NCBI GenBank assembly: GCA_965226885.1
Contig: CBDDEL010000008.1
Coordinates: 1 to 54,997, forward strand
Direction: 5' to 3'
Origin: Opitutales bacterium
GTDB lineage: Bacteria > Verrucomicrobiota > Verrucomicrobiia > Opitutales > UBA2987
DNA: 54,997 bases
Positions within the stretch are counted from its first letter, which is position 1. Each line of letters opens with the position of its first letter. The translations under genes were made by a program, and so were the position numbers. Of the stretch, positions 10,579 to 19,805 are shown piece by piece. The notes under the pieces were generated by a model. The model searched no databases and was not told the origin of the DNA. It saw nothing but the letters and a program-made list of their open reading frames with translations.

Positions 10579-12189
10579 TTATTCCTTGGATGAAGCAGGT
10601 TCCTGCTCCGGCTCCTCATCCACCGGAACCGTCAAGTAGGGCGTCACGAACATGACCAGGGCCATGATCAGGTAGCCCAAGGTCCACTTGGAAAAGTTGA
10701 TGGAGAGCAGGCCGATGACATCGCCTTCGGTGAAAAGGTAGGTGTTGGTAAAACCGATCAGGGAGAATACGGCCCCGATTAAAAACCAGATGCCCGCGTG
10801 TTTGAATTTGCGGTCGATTATGCAAACGGTCGCGGCCGCCATCACCATGCAGGTGTAGATGTATCCCTGGCCAATGGCAAACATGCCGTCGGTGTAAAAG
10901 GTGCGCATCTGGACGAAGGTTTCGTTGATCTCGGGGCGGAAAAGAGCTTGCCCGGTTTCCGCGCTGGCCACGGCCAGAGTGTGTTTGACCGCTAAAGCCA
11001 CGTAGGCTGCTATGGCCGGTATTAACCCCACCACCACGGCCGGGGCGTGTTTACGTTCGGTCGCCTGGAAGCATTGCGAACACATGACAACGCCAATCCA
11101 GATCAAAATAGCCATGCCCGCTTCCACCGGAATGAGAAAGACGACAAAACTGAGCGTCCCGGTAAAACAGATGACCGACCACACGATGGCGTTGAGGGTG
11201 GAATAACCGGCCCGGGCGCCCATTTTTTTATACCCCGGATGCCCCAGAAAAATCGAAGTGGGAAACGGCGAGCCGAAAAAAGCCGCCCCCAGAGTCCCCA
11301 ACCCGTTAAAAGCCATGCAAGGCCGGGGGTTGTAGGAATCCCCCGCCGCGGCCGCCGATTCGATGTTCTGCAAGGAAGAAACCAGCAGGATGAAACCCAT
11401 TGGTATAATAATGGGCAGAAACTCCATTAGGTAGCGAAAGGATTTAGCCAGATCTCCGATAACCGGAATGGGCATTTTCAACCCGATTTGAGCCGTGTTG
11501 ATTTCTCCCGCCGGCACTACCGTGGGCAGATCCATCCAATACATACTCCAGGCAATGGCGGTGCCGGTGGCCAGCACGATAAAACCTCCCGGCAGCCCCA
11601 GCTTGTTCTTTACCCCCCCGAAAAAGAATACGAAAACCAGGGCCAGGGTGGTGAATCCGATAACTGGAAAAGCGTAGGCGCGAAAAACGAAATCCATGCT
11701 GATGAAGGCCAGGCCGGTTCCCCCAATGGCCACAAGCAATGCCGCCCGCGGCGTTACCCGGCGCAGATACTGGGCCACGAATGAGCCAAAAAACTCGATG
11801 AAGCCCGAACCGAAGCAGCCAATCAATCCCGCGTGCCAGGCGATAATATCCGCCTCCTCCTTACTCAAACCATCGGCCAGGGCCTTTTGCTGGGCGGGGA
11901 ACATGATCAGAAAAACATAAACGATGATCGTCAACAGGCTGGTGCCATAGGGTATCGCGCAAACGTCGTTGCGGCCCTCTTTTTTGGCCAGTTTCAAGGC
12001 TTGGTGAGCGTAGAAAATATTGCCGATAATCAGGCCGACGGCCGCCGCCGGTAAAATTCGCCCATAAAAAAGTTCTTCCGAAAAACCCAGAAAGCCCTGG
12101 CACAGGCTGCTCATCAGAATGAACATGAGCATGTTGTCCAAACCCAGGGCAAAGAGACCTTCAAAATCGCCTTTGACAAATTTTTTCAT
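10579..12189 (-). CDS. NCS2/AzgA-like nucleobase permease
   Basis: Many TM helices; GDFEGLFAL, AIPYG, QNIESAAAAGD, GHPGYKKMGARAGYS. Confidence 0.8.
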   Translation of the reverse strand: MKKFVKGDFEGLFALGLDNMLMFILMSSLCQGFLGFSEELFYGRILPAAAVGLIIGNIFYAHQALKLAKKEGRNDVCAIPYGTSLLTIIVYVFLIMFPAQQKALADGLSKEEADIIAWHAGLIGCFGSGFIEFFGSFVAQYLRRVTPRAALLVAIGGTGLAFISMDFVFRAYAFPVIGFTTLALVFVFFFGGVKNKLGLPGGFIVLATGTAIAWSMYWMDLPTVVPAGEINTAQIGLKMPIPVIGDLAKSFRYLMEFLPIIIPMGFILLVSSLQNIESAAAAGDSYNPRPCMAFNGLGTLGAAFFGSPFPTSIFLGHPGYKKMGARAGYSTLNAIVWSVICFTGTLSFVVFLIPVEAGMAILIWIGVVMCSQCFQATERKHAPAVVVGLIPAIAAYVALAVKHTLAVASAETGQALFRPEINETFVQMRTFYTDGMFAIGQGYIYTCMVMAAATVCIIDRKFKHAGIWFLIGAVFSLIGFTNTYLFTEGDVIGLLSINFSKWTLGYLIMALVMFVTPYLTVPVDEEPEQEPASSKE

Positions 12190-12349
12190 GATGGGGTAAC
12201 GGGGTTCACCGGCAGCAATGTATTTATCCTGAACAGAGCATTATCAAGTTTAATACATTACGAGCAAGCTTTTGCCATTGCCTAAAAAACGATTGAATAT
12301 TGTATCGGATTCGCTATCAAAACCCTTTCTGTTATGAGAGGCATTTACA

Positions 12350-13420
12350 ATGGATAAGGACAAACCGGTAATTTTAACCTGCGCCCAACCGACCGGGCAG
12401 CTGCACCTGGGCAATTACCTGGGGGCCATTAAAAACTGGGTCGCCCTGCTGGACGATTACCGTTGCTATTTTGGCATCGTCGACCTGCACGCCATAACGC
12501 TTCCCTACACCCCGGCGGATTTGCGGAAAAACACCTACGCCTGCCTGGCCCAATACATGGCTTGCGGTCTCGACCCGGCCAAATGCCGGATTTTTGTTCA
12601 GTCCCATGTCATCGGGCATACCGAACTTGCCTGGCTGCTGGGTTGTCTGACCCCTCTGGGCCAGCTTCAACGCATGACCCAATTCAAGGACAAAGCGCGG
12701 AGAATCAGGCCCCATCAGATTGGACAAACAGAACTTAATCTGCAAATGACTCAGGACAATGAGAGCGGATCGGTCGGTTCCGGACTTCTCTACTACCCGG
12801 TTCTGATGGCGGCGGACATCCTTCTTTACAATGCCGACCTCGTTCCCGTGGGCAACGACCAGAAGCAGCACCTCGAACTCACCCGCGACCTCGCCATTAA
12901 ATTCAACAACACCTACTCGCCCACCTTTAAAGTGCCTGAGCCCTACAAGCAGGGTTCCGCTGGCAGGGTCATGTCTTTACAGGATCCAACCAAAAAAATG
13001 TCCAAATCGGAGGCCAATCGAAGCGGCGCATTGTTTCTGCTCGATCCGCCCAATATTTTACGGAAAAAAATCATGAGCGCCGTGACCGATTTGGGGAAAG
13101 AGATCGTCGCCCGTGAGGACAAACCGGGAATCACCAACCTACTCAATATCATGAGCGCCGTGACGGATCGGCCCGTGTCCGCCCTGGAAAAAGAATTTTC
13201 CGGCAACGGTTATGCCAGCTTCAAGTCCGCCGTGGCCGATGCCGTGGTGGCCCTTCTGCAGCCCATACAGGAGCGCTGCAAGGCCCTCATGGCGGATAAA
13301 GAGGCCCTCTCCAATGTCTTTCGGGAAGGGGCTGCCGACGCTCAAAAAAGGGCCTATCGAATGTTGTCGAAGGTTTACCGCAAAGCGGGATTTGTGGAGC
13401 GTCCGGCAGCCAAAAACTAG
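12350..13420 (+). CDS. trpS: Tryptophan--tRNA ligase
   Basis: HLGN, YPVLMAADIL, VPVGNDQKQHLE, KMSKS. Confidence 0.97.
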   Translation: MDKDKPVILTCAQPTGQLHLGNYLGAIKNWVALLDDYRCYFGIVDLHAITLPYTPADLRKNTYACLAQYMACGLDPAKCRIFVQSHVIGHTELAWLLGCLTPLGQLQRMTQFKDKARRIRPHQIGQTELNLQMTQDNESGSVGSGLLYYPVLMAADILLYNADLVPVGNDQKQHLELTRDLAIKFNNTYSPTFKVPEPYKQGSAGRVMSLQDPTKKMSKSEANRSGALFLLDPPNILRKKIMSAVTDLGKEIVAREDKPGITNLLNIMSAVTDRPVSALEKEFSGNGYASFKSAVADAVVALLQPIQERCKALMADKEALSNVFREGAADAQKRAYRMLSKVYRKAGFVERPAAKN

Positions 13421-13441
13421 CCATCTGAATGCCGAATTGCG

Positions 13442-14392
13442 ATGGAGGAACAAGACCAAACCGAATTGTCCAAGTGGCCCTATTTCCTCGCATACCTCTC
13501 TTTGCTGGCCGTGGCCGTGGCCATCGTTCTGACGGCTCCCAAACCCTACAGCATTGCGGCTATGAGCGGCGCCATCATTTGCGCCTTGGTCGGGCCATTT
13601 TTTCTGCTAGCCCCCTTTCTAATCGAATATTTTTCCCGGCTAAAACTGGAGCGCAATCAGCTGCGGGAGGCCTCGGAGGAACAATTCGCCAACTCCCTCC
13701 GGCTGGTGGGTGAGCTGGAGGCGCTGCAAAAAGTGTTCACCCGTCAGGCCGAGCAGGGCGCCACCCATGTCCTCGGTATCGAGGGGCTGGTTCCGCAATT
13801 GGAGAAACATGCCACGCAATTGGACCGTTTGACAAATGAATTCAAGTTGACGGCAAAATCGGAAAAGAAGGCCCAAACCCAGGAATCCCTTGATACGCTG
13901 GCAAAAGACCTGGCAGGCGTTCTCAAACAATTTAAAAAAATACCGCCAACTCTGGAAAAACAAATTGCCGGGCTGAAGGTGGTCGAATCGCCGCCTCAAA
14001 AACATCAACCGGATTTAGATTTTGAAGAAAACCCGGAGCGGGAGGCCGAAATCCATTTACCGCTGGCCGAGGTTGAAGATGAAGACGAAGACGACCTCGA
14101 ACCAAATCTAACTAACCTCGAGGATGAGGATTCGGTCTCTTTGATCGTCAACTTGATCAGCAGTATTGGCAATAAGCCCTTTGTTCGGGGCGAGGGCGCC
14201 GGATTGTCCTGGGATCGAGGCGTCGAAATGCGGTTCGTAGAGATCGGAATATGGGAATGGGGCGCTTCAGAAGTTGACGTACCGGTTTGGGCCAGGATCT
14301 ATTTGAACGACAAGATTTCCGCCTATGGCGAAGACATTGAATTAAATGCCGGAGAGCAAATTGAGGTAACTCCCGAATTCCAGGAACCTTGA
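13442..14392 (+). CDS. Hypothetical membrane protein (2 N-terminal TM, coiled coil, acidic linker, small C-terminal beta domain)
   Basis: 316-aa ORF directly after trpS; C-terminal IGNKPFVRGEGAGLSWDRG. Confidence 0.75.
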   Translation: MEEQDQTELSKWPYFLAYLSLLAVAVAIVLTAPKPYSIAAMSGAIICALVGPFFLLAPFLIEYFSRLKLERNQLREASEEQFANSLRLVGELEALQKVFTRQAEQGATHVLGIEGLVPQLEKHATQLDRLTNEFKLTAKSEKKAQTQESLDTLAKDLAGVLKQFKKIPPTLEKQIAGLKVVESPPQKHQPDLDFEENPEREAEIHLPLAEVEDEDEDDLEPNLTNLEDEDSVSLIVNLISSIGNKPFVRGEGAGLSWDRGVEMRFVEIGIWEWGASEVDVPVWARIYLNDKISAYGEDIELNAGEQIEVTPEFQEP

Positions 14393-14429
14393 TTAGGCCC
14401 ATGGCCATTGAATTTCCAAAATCCAATTA

Positions 14430-15552
14430 TTAATCCGGCAATTGAATAGTAACAGTTAAGCGGCGTATTGAACATCCCGATGATGGAAGAGTTTTTTAAT
14501 CAAAATTGGTTTTCGTTGCCTGCTGCGCAGGTGGGTTCGCAGACTTCCCTGCAACTCAATTTGGCTGCGCGGGGCCGGCAGGTTCTTCAAGTTGGCTTTG
14601 ACCGTGTTATTCAAATACTCATCGGGGTTCAATTTGGGACTGTAAGATGGTAGATAAAAAATCCCGATCCTATCGCGGTGGGCTTCAATCCAACCGGTTA
14701 CTTTTTTAGCATGATGCACTCTCAGATTGTCCACAATGAGAAAGATTTTCCGTTTGGCTCCTTTGATTAACTGGCGCAGAAATTTGATAAACAGTTCCAC
14801 ATTCAAGGCTCCCTTGTAAACCATGAAACGCAGCTTTCCACGGTTGGTTATAGTCGAGATCATGCTCGTGCTAAAACGACGCGCACTGCGTTTGGCAACT
14901 GGCGTTTTACCGCGCGGAGCATAACCTCTTCCCCGATGATCTTCGCTACTGATGCCGGTGATGCCGGTTTCATCTCCCCAGTGGATTTGGGCCTGTTGCG
15001 CTTTGGCTCTGGCTTCGATGGCCGGGTAAGTTTGATCAAGCCACCTCTTAATCGCCTCAGGCTGCTGCTCATAGGCTTGTCTTCGAGGTTTTTGTGGAGT
15101 GAAACCCCAACGGCGAAGATACTCGCCCACCGTGCGGATCGGCATCTTCAAAGCAAACTGCCTTTCAATCAACTCTTGCACCGCTTGGCGCGTCCACAGG
15201 GCAAAGGGCATCTTAAGCTGGTCGGGTCTCTTATCGGTAATCATTCGGCACACCATGCGCTCTTGTTGGGAGCTCAATCTTCGACATTGGCCCTGCCGAC
15301 GGCCCCGTTGTCCAAGCCGCAGGGCTTTTGGCCCTCCATTTCGGTAAAGGGCCCACCATCTGCGCACAGCGCTGATCGATACCTTTAAAACCACGGAAAC
15401 CTCTTCATAAGTGCAACCCTCTCTTTTCAGATCCACCGCCCGACACCTCAGCTCATATATAGTCTCTTCGCTTAGTGAACGCGCATCATTCCTATTCATG
15501 AACCTACTTTAGCATAAGTTATTGATATGTCACTATTTATTTGCCGGATTAA
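14430..15552 (-). mobile_element. IS630-family insertion sequence
   Basis: IRs TTAATCCGGCAA..AATAGT.ACA; TA TSD. Confidence 0.93.
14456..15499 (-). CDS. IS630 transposase (3-aa duplication beside the first catalytic D)
   Basis: WGDETGITGIS, IVDNLRVH, LPSYSPKLNPDE. Confidence 0.9.
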   Translation of the reverse strand: MNRNDARSLSEETIYELRCRAVDLKREGCTYEEVSVVLKVSISAVRRWWALYRNGGPKALRLGQRGRRQGQCRRLSSQQERMVCRMITDKRPDQLKMPFALWTRQAVQELIERQFALKMPIRTVGEYLRRWGFTPQKPRRQAYEQQPEAIKRWLDQTYPAIEARAKAQQAQIHWGDETGITGISSEDHRGRGYAPRGKTPVAKRSARRFSTSMISTITNRGKLRFMVYKGALNVELFIKFLRQLIKGAKRKIFLIVDNLRVHHAKKVTGWIEAHRDRIGIFYLPSYSPKLNPDEYLNNTVKANLKNLPAPRSQIELQGSLRTHLRSRQRKPILIKKLFHHRDVQYAA

Positions 15553-15584
15553 TAGATAAATTAAATTAATATAAAATACAAAGA

Positions 15585-16363
15585 ATGAGTGCTGCATCTA
15601 TCCGCAACATACGCAAACGCGCCTTGATCGGCGAATTATTATCGGGAACTTTTCTTAACCTCGGTTCCAGCATTTCGGTAGAAATTGCCGGACAATGCGG
15701 TTTCGACTGGTTTATGATCGACCTGGAACACGGTTCCGGCAATTGGGAGATTTTGGGGCATCAACTGCAAGCCTTGAACGGCAGCGCCACCGCCCCCATC
15801 GTCCGCCTGCCCGACAACCAGCCGGTTCTCTTCAAACGCGCGCTCGATATGGGCGCTTCGGGAATTATGATTCCGCAGATTGGAAGTGCCGATGAGGCAA
15901 GGCAGGCGGTCGCTTCGTTGCGTTACCCTCCGGAGGGAATCCGGGGAGCAGCGGGATCGCCCCGGGCCGCTGGTTTCGGGACAAATTTCAGCGATTACTT
16001 TTCCCGGGCCAACAAGGAACTTATTACCGTTATCCAGATCGAGCGAAAGGAGGCGCTCGACAGCATCGATGAAATTGCCGCAATTGAGGGGTCGACGTTC
16101 TCTTTATCGGTCCGCTGGATTTGAGCATCAACCTGGGAATTCCCATGCAATTCGACCATCCTCTCTATTTGGAAGCCCGGAATAAAGTAGTCAAAGCCGC
16201 CCTTCAGGCCGGCAAAGCGCCCGGAATCACTATACCAGACGCGGATCAGCTTCAGGAAGTCATCGATTTGGGTTTCAATTTCCTGGCCATGGGCAGCGAC
16301 ACCGGCCTGATTGCCAACGGGTTGAGGAATTTAGCCTCAACCATTAACGAACACAAATCTTGA
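15585..16363 (+). pseudogene. HpcH/HpaI aldolase family protein, frameshifted at ~16088-16091
   Basis: GFDWFMIDLEHG, ALDMGASGIMIP, YPPEGIRG, QIE. One more G in GAGGGGTC would restore EGVDVLFIGPLDLS; this may be a homopolymer error. Confidence 0.8.
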
Positions 16364-16379
16364 TTCGTTCTACAACTAG

Positions 16380-17786
16380 TTGGAACCCTTTTGGAACCCT
16401 TTTGATATAAAAATTAGTGGAACATTGCCGGTTTGGGTTGGAGCGCTGTTCATAGCAATAGCGTTGCCGCCCACTGTTTATGGAAGATCCGATGCCGTAA
16501 CCTGGGCCATGGTGGAGCGGATTCTTGATCAAATTCAGGAACCCGAATTCCCCGACCGGGATTTTTATATTACGGATTTTGGAGCCAAAGGTGATGGCCA
16601 AACCGATTCCCGTCCGGCCTTTGAAAAGGCCATCGAAAAATGCAATCAGGCTGGCGGCGGCCGCATAATCGTACCACCCGGAGTCTGGTTTTCCAAGGGC
16701 CCTATCCACCTCAAAAGCAACGTCAATCTACATCTGGAGGAAGGGGCCACGATTCGATTCAGCGATAACACGGATGATTTTCTTCCTGTCGTGCTGACCC
16801 GCTGGGAGGGCACGGAATGTTATAATTATTCTCCCTTTATATATTGCTGGCAGGGGACTAATGTGGCCATCACGGGAAAGGGAACACTGGACGGTAACGC
16901 CAAAAACAGTTTCGTGCCCTGGAAACCCAAACAGAAGCCGGACCAGCTTTTGCTCAGGCAGATGGGTAATAACGGCTTTCCGGTGCACAAACGCATCTTT
17001 GGCAAAGGTCATTGGCTGAGAACGCCCATGATCGAGTTTTTCGGATGCAGAAACGTGCTCGTGGAGGGGGTTACCATTATCGATTCCCCTTTCTGGGTAA
17101 TCCATCCGGTTTACTGCGAAAATGTTATCGTCCGCGGCGTAACGGTGGATAGCTGGAATGAGAATAACGATGGGGTGGACCCCGACTCTTCCGTCAATGT
17201 TCTGGTGGAAGATTGCGTCTTCAATAGTGGCGATGATTCGGTGGCCATTAAGTCGGGAAGAGATCAGGACGGCTGGCGCGTCGGGCAGGCCAGCGAAAAC
17301 ATCATCATCCGCAATTGTGTCATGAATTCAGACGACAACGGGCTGACCATAGGAAGCGAAATGTCCGGAGGCGTGCGCTATGTGTTCATGGAAGATTGTC
17401 AAATTGGCAGTGTTGAATCGGCAATTTTTTTCAAATCCAACCTGGACCGTGGTGGAGCCGTCGAGCATATCCGGGCTCGCAATATTGAGGTCAACCTGAC
17501 CAGTCGCGCCGTTATTCAATTCATGACGGATTACTCCGGCTGGCGAGGCAATCATTATCCCCCCGTTTTTCGGGATTTCATCATTGAAGATGTCACTTGC
17601 AAGAAGGCCGATAAATATGGGATCAACGCCGTGGGCAAGGAAGGAGCGCCCATCCGGGATATCGTTATCCGCAACGTGCTAATCGAGAATGCCAAGATTC
17701 CCCAACTGCTATCCTATATCGAAAACTTTCGTTTTGAAAATGTGAGCGTAAACGGAGAATTATTACAGCCCCGCCCGGTCGAGTGA
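16380..17786 (+). CDS. Glycoside hydrolase family 28 (polygalacturonase-like); start uncertain
   Basis: NNDGVDP, GDDSVAIKSG, TIGSEMSGG, FKSN motifs; parallel beta-helix. Confidence 0.9.
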   Translation: MEPFWNPFDIKISGTLPVWVGALFIAIALPPTVYGRSDAVTWAMVERILDQIQEPEFPDRDFYITDFGAKGDGQTDSRPAFEKAIEKCNQAGGGRIIVPPGVWFSKGPIHLKSNVNLHLEEGATIRFSDNTDDFLPVVLTRWEGTECYNYSPFIYCWQGTNVAITGKGTLDGNAKNSFVPWKPKQKPDQLLLRQMGNNGFPVHKRIFGKGHWLRTPMIEFFGCRNVLVEGVTIIDSPFWVIHPVYCENVIVRGVTVDSWNENNDGVDPDSSVNVLVEDCVFNSGDDSVAIKSGRDQDGWRVGQASENIIIRNCVMNSDDNGLTIGSEMSGGVRYVFMEDCQIGSVESAIFFKSNLDRGGAVEHIRARNIEVNLTSRAVIQFMTDYSGWRGNHYPPVFRDFIIEDVTCKKADKYGINAVGKEGAPIRDIVIRNVLIENAKIPQLLSYIENFRFENVSVNGELLQPRPVE

Positions 17787-17825
17787 AAATAACCAGATTT
17801 CATGCTTAAACCGGCGTAATTCGAT

Positions 17826-18170
17826 TCAGTCCTTCTTTTCAATATTCTGTTTCATCACCTCCATCTGGCTCTCCAGGCCGATGGCTTGTTCGACCGGCAG
17901 GCAAAAGGCGATGCCCGTTCCCGGTTCGTTGAATTTTCCCGTTTTGTAAATTTCCTTCAAAATGGTATCGACCAGGTGTTTCTCCACCAGGAACAGTACA
18001 ACGTCTGTTTGCGCGCTCAGGCTAAGCCCGAAAAAAGTCTTGGCTTCGTGAATCCCCACGCCGCTCGCGTTGATGATGGTGGCTCCGGTCGCGCCCACCG
18101 ATTTGGCGCTGTCCACGATGCCATCGGTAAGCTCTGATTTTACCATGCAGAGAATTAAGTGCAGGTTCAT
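17826..18170 (-). CDS. P-II-family regulatory protein
   Basis: MNLHLILCMVK...GATGATIINASGVG...TFFGL...PGTGIAFCLPVEQAIGL; ATGA overlap with the upstream gene. Confidence 0.88.
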   Translation of the reverse strand: MNLHLILCMVKSELTDGIVDSAKSVGATGATIINASGVGIHEAKTFFGLSLSAQTDVVLFLVEKHLVDTILKEIYKTGKFNEPGTGIAFCLPVEQAIGLESQMEVMKQNIEKKD

Positions 18171-19762
18171 GATCTTCCTTTCTTGAGTTGCTGGCGGCCC
18201 GTCAGGCGGTCCCGCCAATGAGCGCATTGAATGTAACCCATAACCGACATTATGGGAAAAAGACTGGCAAAGGCAACCAGGCCGAAGCCATCCAGCGCCG
18301 GATTGCGTCCCGTTAGGCTCTGCGAGAGGCCCAGACCCAGGGCAACGATCAGCGGCACGGTGACCAAAGAGGTCGTGACGCCTCCCGAATCGTAAGCCAA
18401 CGGTATGATGTAGCGCGGAGCAAACATCGTTTGCATGACGATGACGATATACCCCGCCGCGATAAAATAGAACAGGGCCGCTCCCGTGATGATACGGAAT
18501 AACCCCACCACAATGCCTGCGGCGACCCCCAGGGCCACGGCGATCCTCAAGGGCCATTGCCGAATGCTACCCTTGGAAACCTCCTCCGCCTTGATCCCGA
18601 TGGCCATGAGGGCCGGCTCCGCTATGGTCGTGGAAAAACCGATCAAGGCGCCAAAGAGATACATCCAGCCGTAAGCCCACCACACAAGCTCCTGGCCCAA
18701 CCCGCTCGAACCGGCCACGAACGCTGGCTCGGACAATTGTCTCGCCATGATTTCACCGATGGGAAATAGCGCCTTCCTCAAACCCGCCAGAAACAGCCCG
18801 AGCCCAAGAGCGCAAAAAATGAAACCGGCCGCCAAGCGGCCCTTGTGCGGGATTTTATCGCGCAGGACGAATAGCTGGATAAAAAGGATGAGCGCCAGGA
18901 TAGGCAGTATGTCCCTCATCGACAGCGGGAGCGCGTATACCAACTCGTTAAAAACAGATTTCATGACATCAGCCGAACAATACAATCCCGCGTAGAGAAG
19001 GACAAATATTATGGGCAGAAGGGAGGCGAACGCGATCAGGCCGAACCCGTGCAGAAGCGGGTTGCGGTGGCGTATGGTCGAGGCCAGCCCGATGCCCAGA
19101 GCGGCCAGCAGGGGCACGGTTAGGGTGGAAGTGGTTACGCCACCCGAGTCGTAAGCAATGCCGATGATCTCTGGCGGGGCCAGGAAAGTGATGATGACAA
19201 CCGCCATATACCCACCGGCCACCAGCCAATGCAGCGGCCAATCGAAAATGATGCGCAGAACGCCCAAAATAACCGCCAGGCCCACCGAGAAAGCCACCGT
19301 CAACCGCATCCCCAGGGCGAAGCGTGATTGGCTCTCGCTGCCCTGCTCGATAAGTCCGGCCTCGGCGACCGCTTCGGCCGCTTCGGCGCTGATGGCGATG
19401 AGGGCCGGCTCGGCTATGGTGGTGGAAAACCCCAGGGCAAAACTGAATACCAGCAGCCAGACAAAACTTCCCTTGCGGGCAAACCCCATGGCCATCCGCT
19501 CTCCGATGGGAAAGAGCCCCATTTCCAACCCTTCGAGAAAGAAAAAGAGCCCCAAATAGACCAGTAGAATGCCCCACAGAATTTCTTCGAGGTGGGGAAA
19601 CGGTTGTTGCAGAACGACAATCTGGAAAAACGCTATAACCACAAGGATGGGAGCAATATCGCGACCCACTCCTTTCAGCCTGGCCCAGATGATGCTGAAT
19701 AGCCGCACAGGGAACCGATTCAGCGGCCAAGTGCGGGCCATTTTTTGCCAGGCTGAATGCAT
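18167..19762 (-). CDS. DUF1538 membrane protein, two domains in one ORF
   Basis: Two repeats of LFPIGE, GFSTTIAEPAL, AYDSGGVTTS, GFGL.AFASL.P. Confidence 0.88.
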   Translation of the reverse strand: MHSAWQKMARTWPLNRFPVRLFSIIWARLKGVGRDIAPILVVIAFFQIVVLQQPFPHLEEILWGILLVYLGLFFFLEGLEMGLFPIGERMAMGFARKGSFVWLLVFSFALGFSTTIAEPALIAISAEAAEAVAEAGLIEQGSESQSRFALGMRLTVAFSVGLAVILGVLRIIFDWPLHWLVAGGYMAVVIITFLAPPEIIGIAYDSGGVTTSTLTVPLLAALGIGLASTIRHRNPLLHGFGLIAFASLLPIIFVLLYAGLYCSADVMKSVFNELVYALPLSMRDILPILALILFIQLFVLRDKIPHKGRLAAGFIFCALGLGLFLAGLRKALFPIGEIMARQLSEPAFVAGSSGLGQELVWWAYGWMYLFGALIGFSTTIAEPALMAIGIKAEEVSKGSIRQWPLRIAVALGVAAGIVVGLFRIITGAALFYFIAAGYIVIVMQTMFAPRYIIPLAYDSGGVTTSLVTVPLIVALGLGLSQSLTGRNPALDGFGLVAFASLFPIMSVMGYIQCAHWRDRLTGRQQLKKGRS

Positions 19763-19805
19763 AGGATTTATCTTACATTACCTGAAGACGTAAATTCCAG
19801 TCTCA

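Noticed and set aside
17826..18557. 243-aa extended P-II ORF, and the 381-aa extended argB ORF at 43889
   Set aside because: The extensions overlap upstream genes in another frame; recognisable homology begins at 18170 and ~44123.
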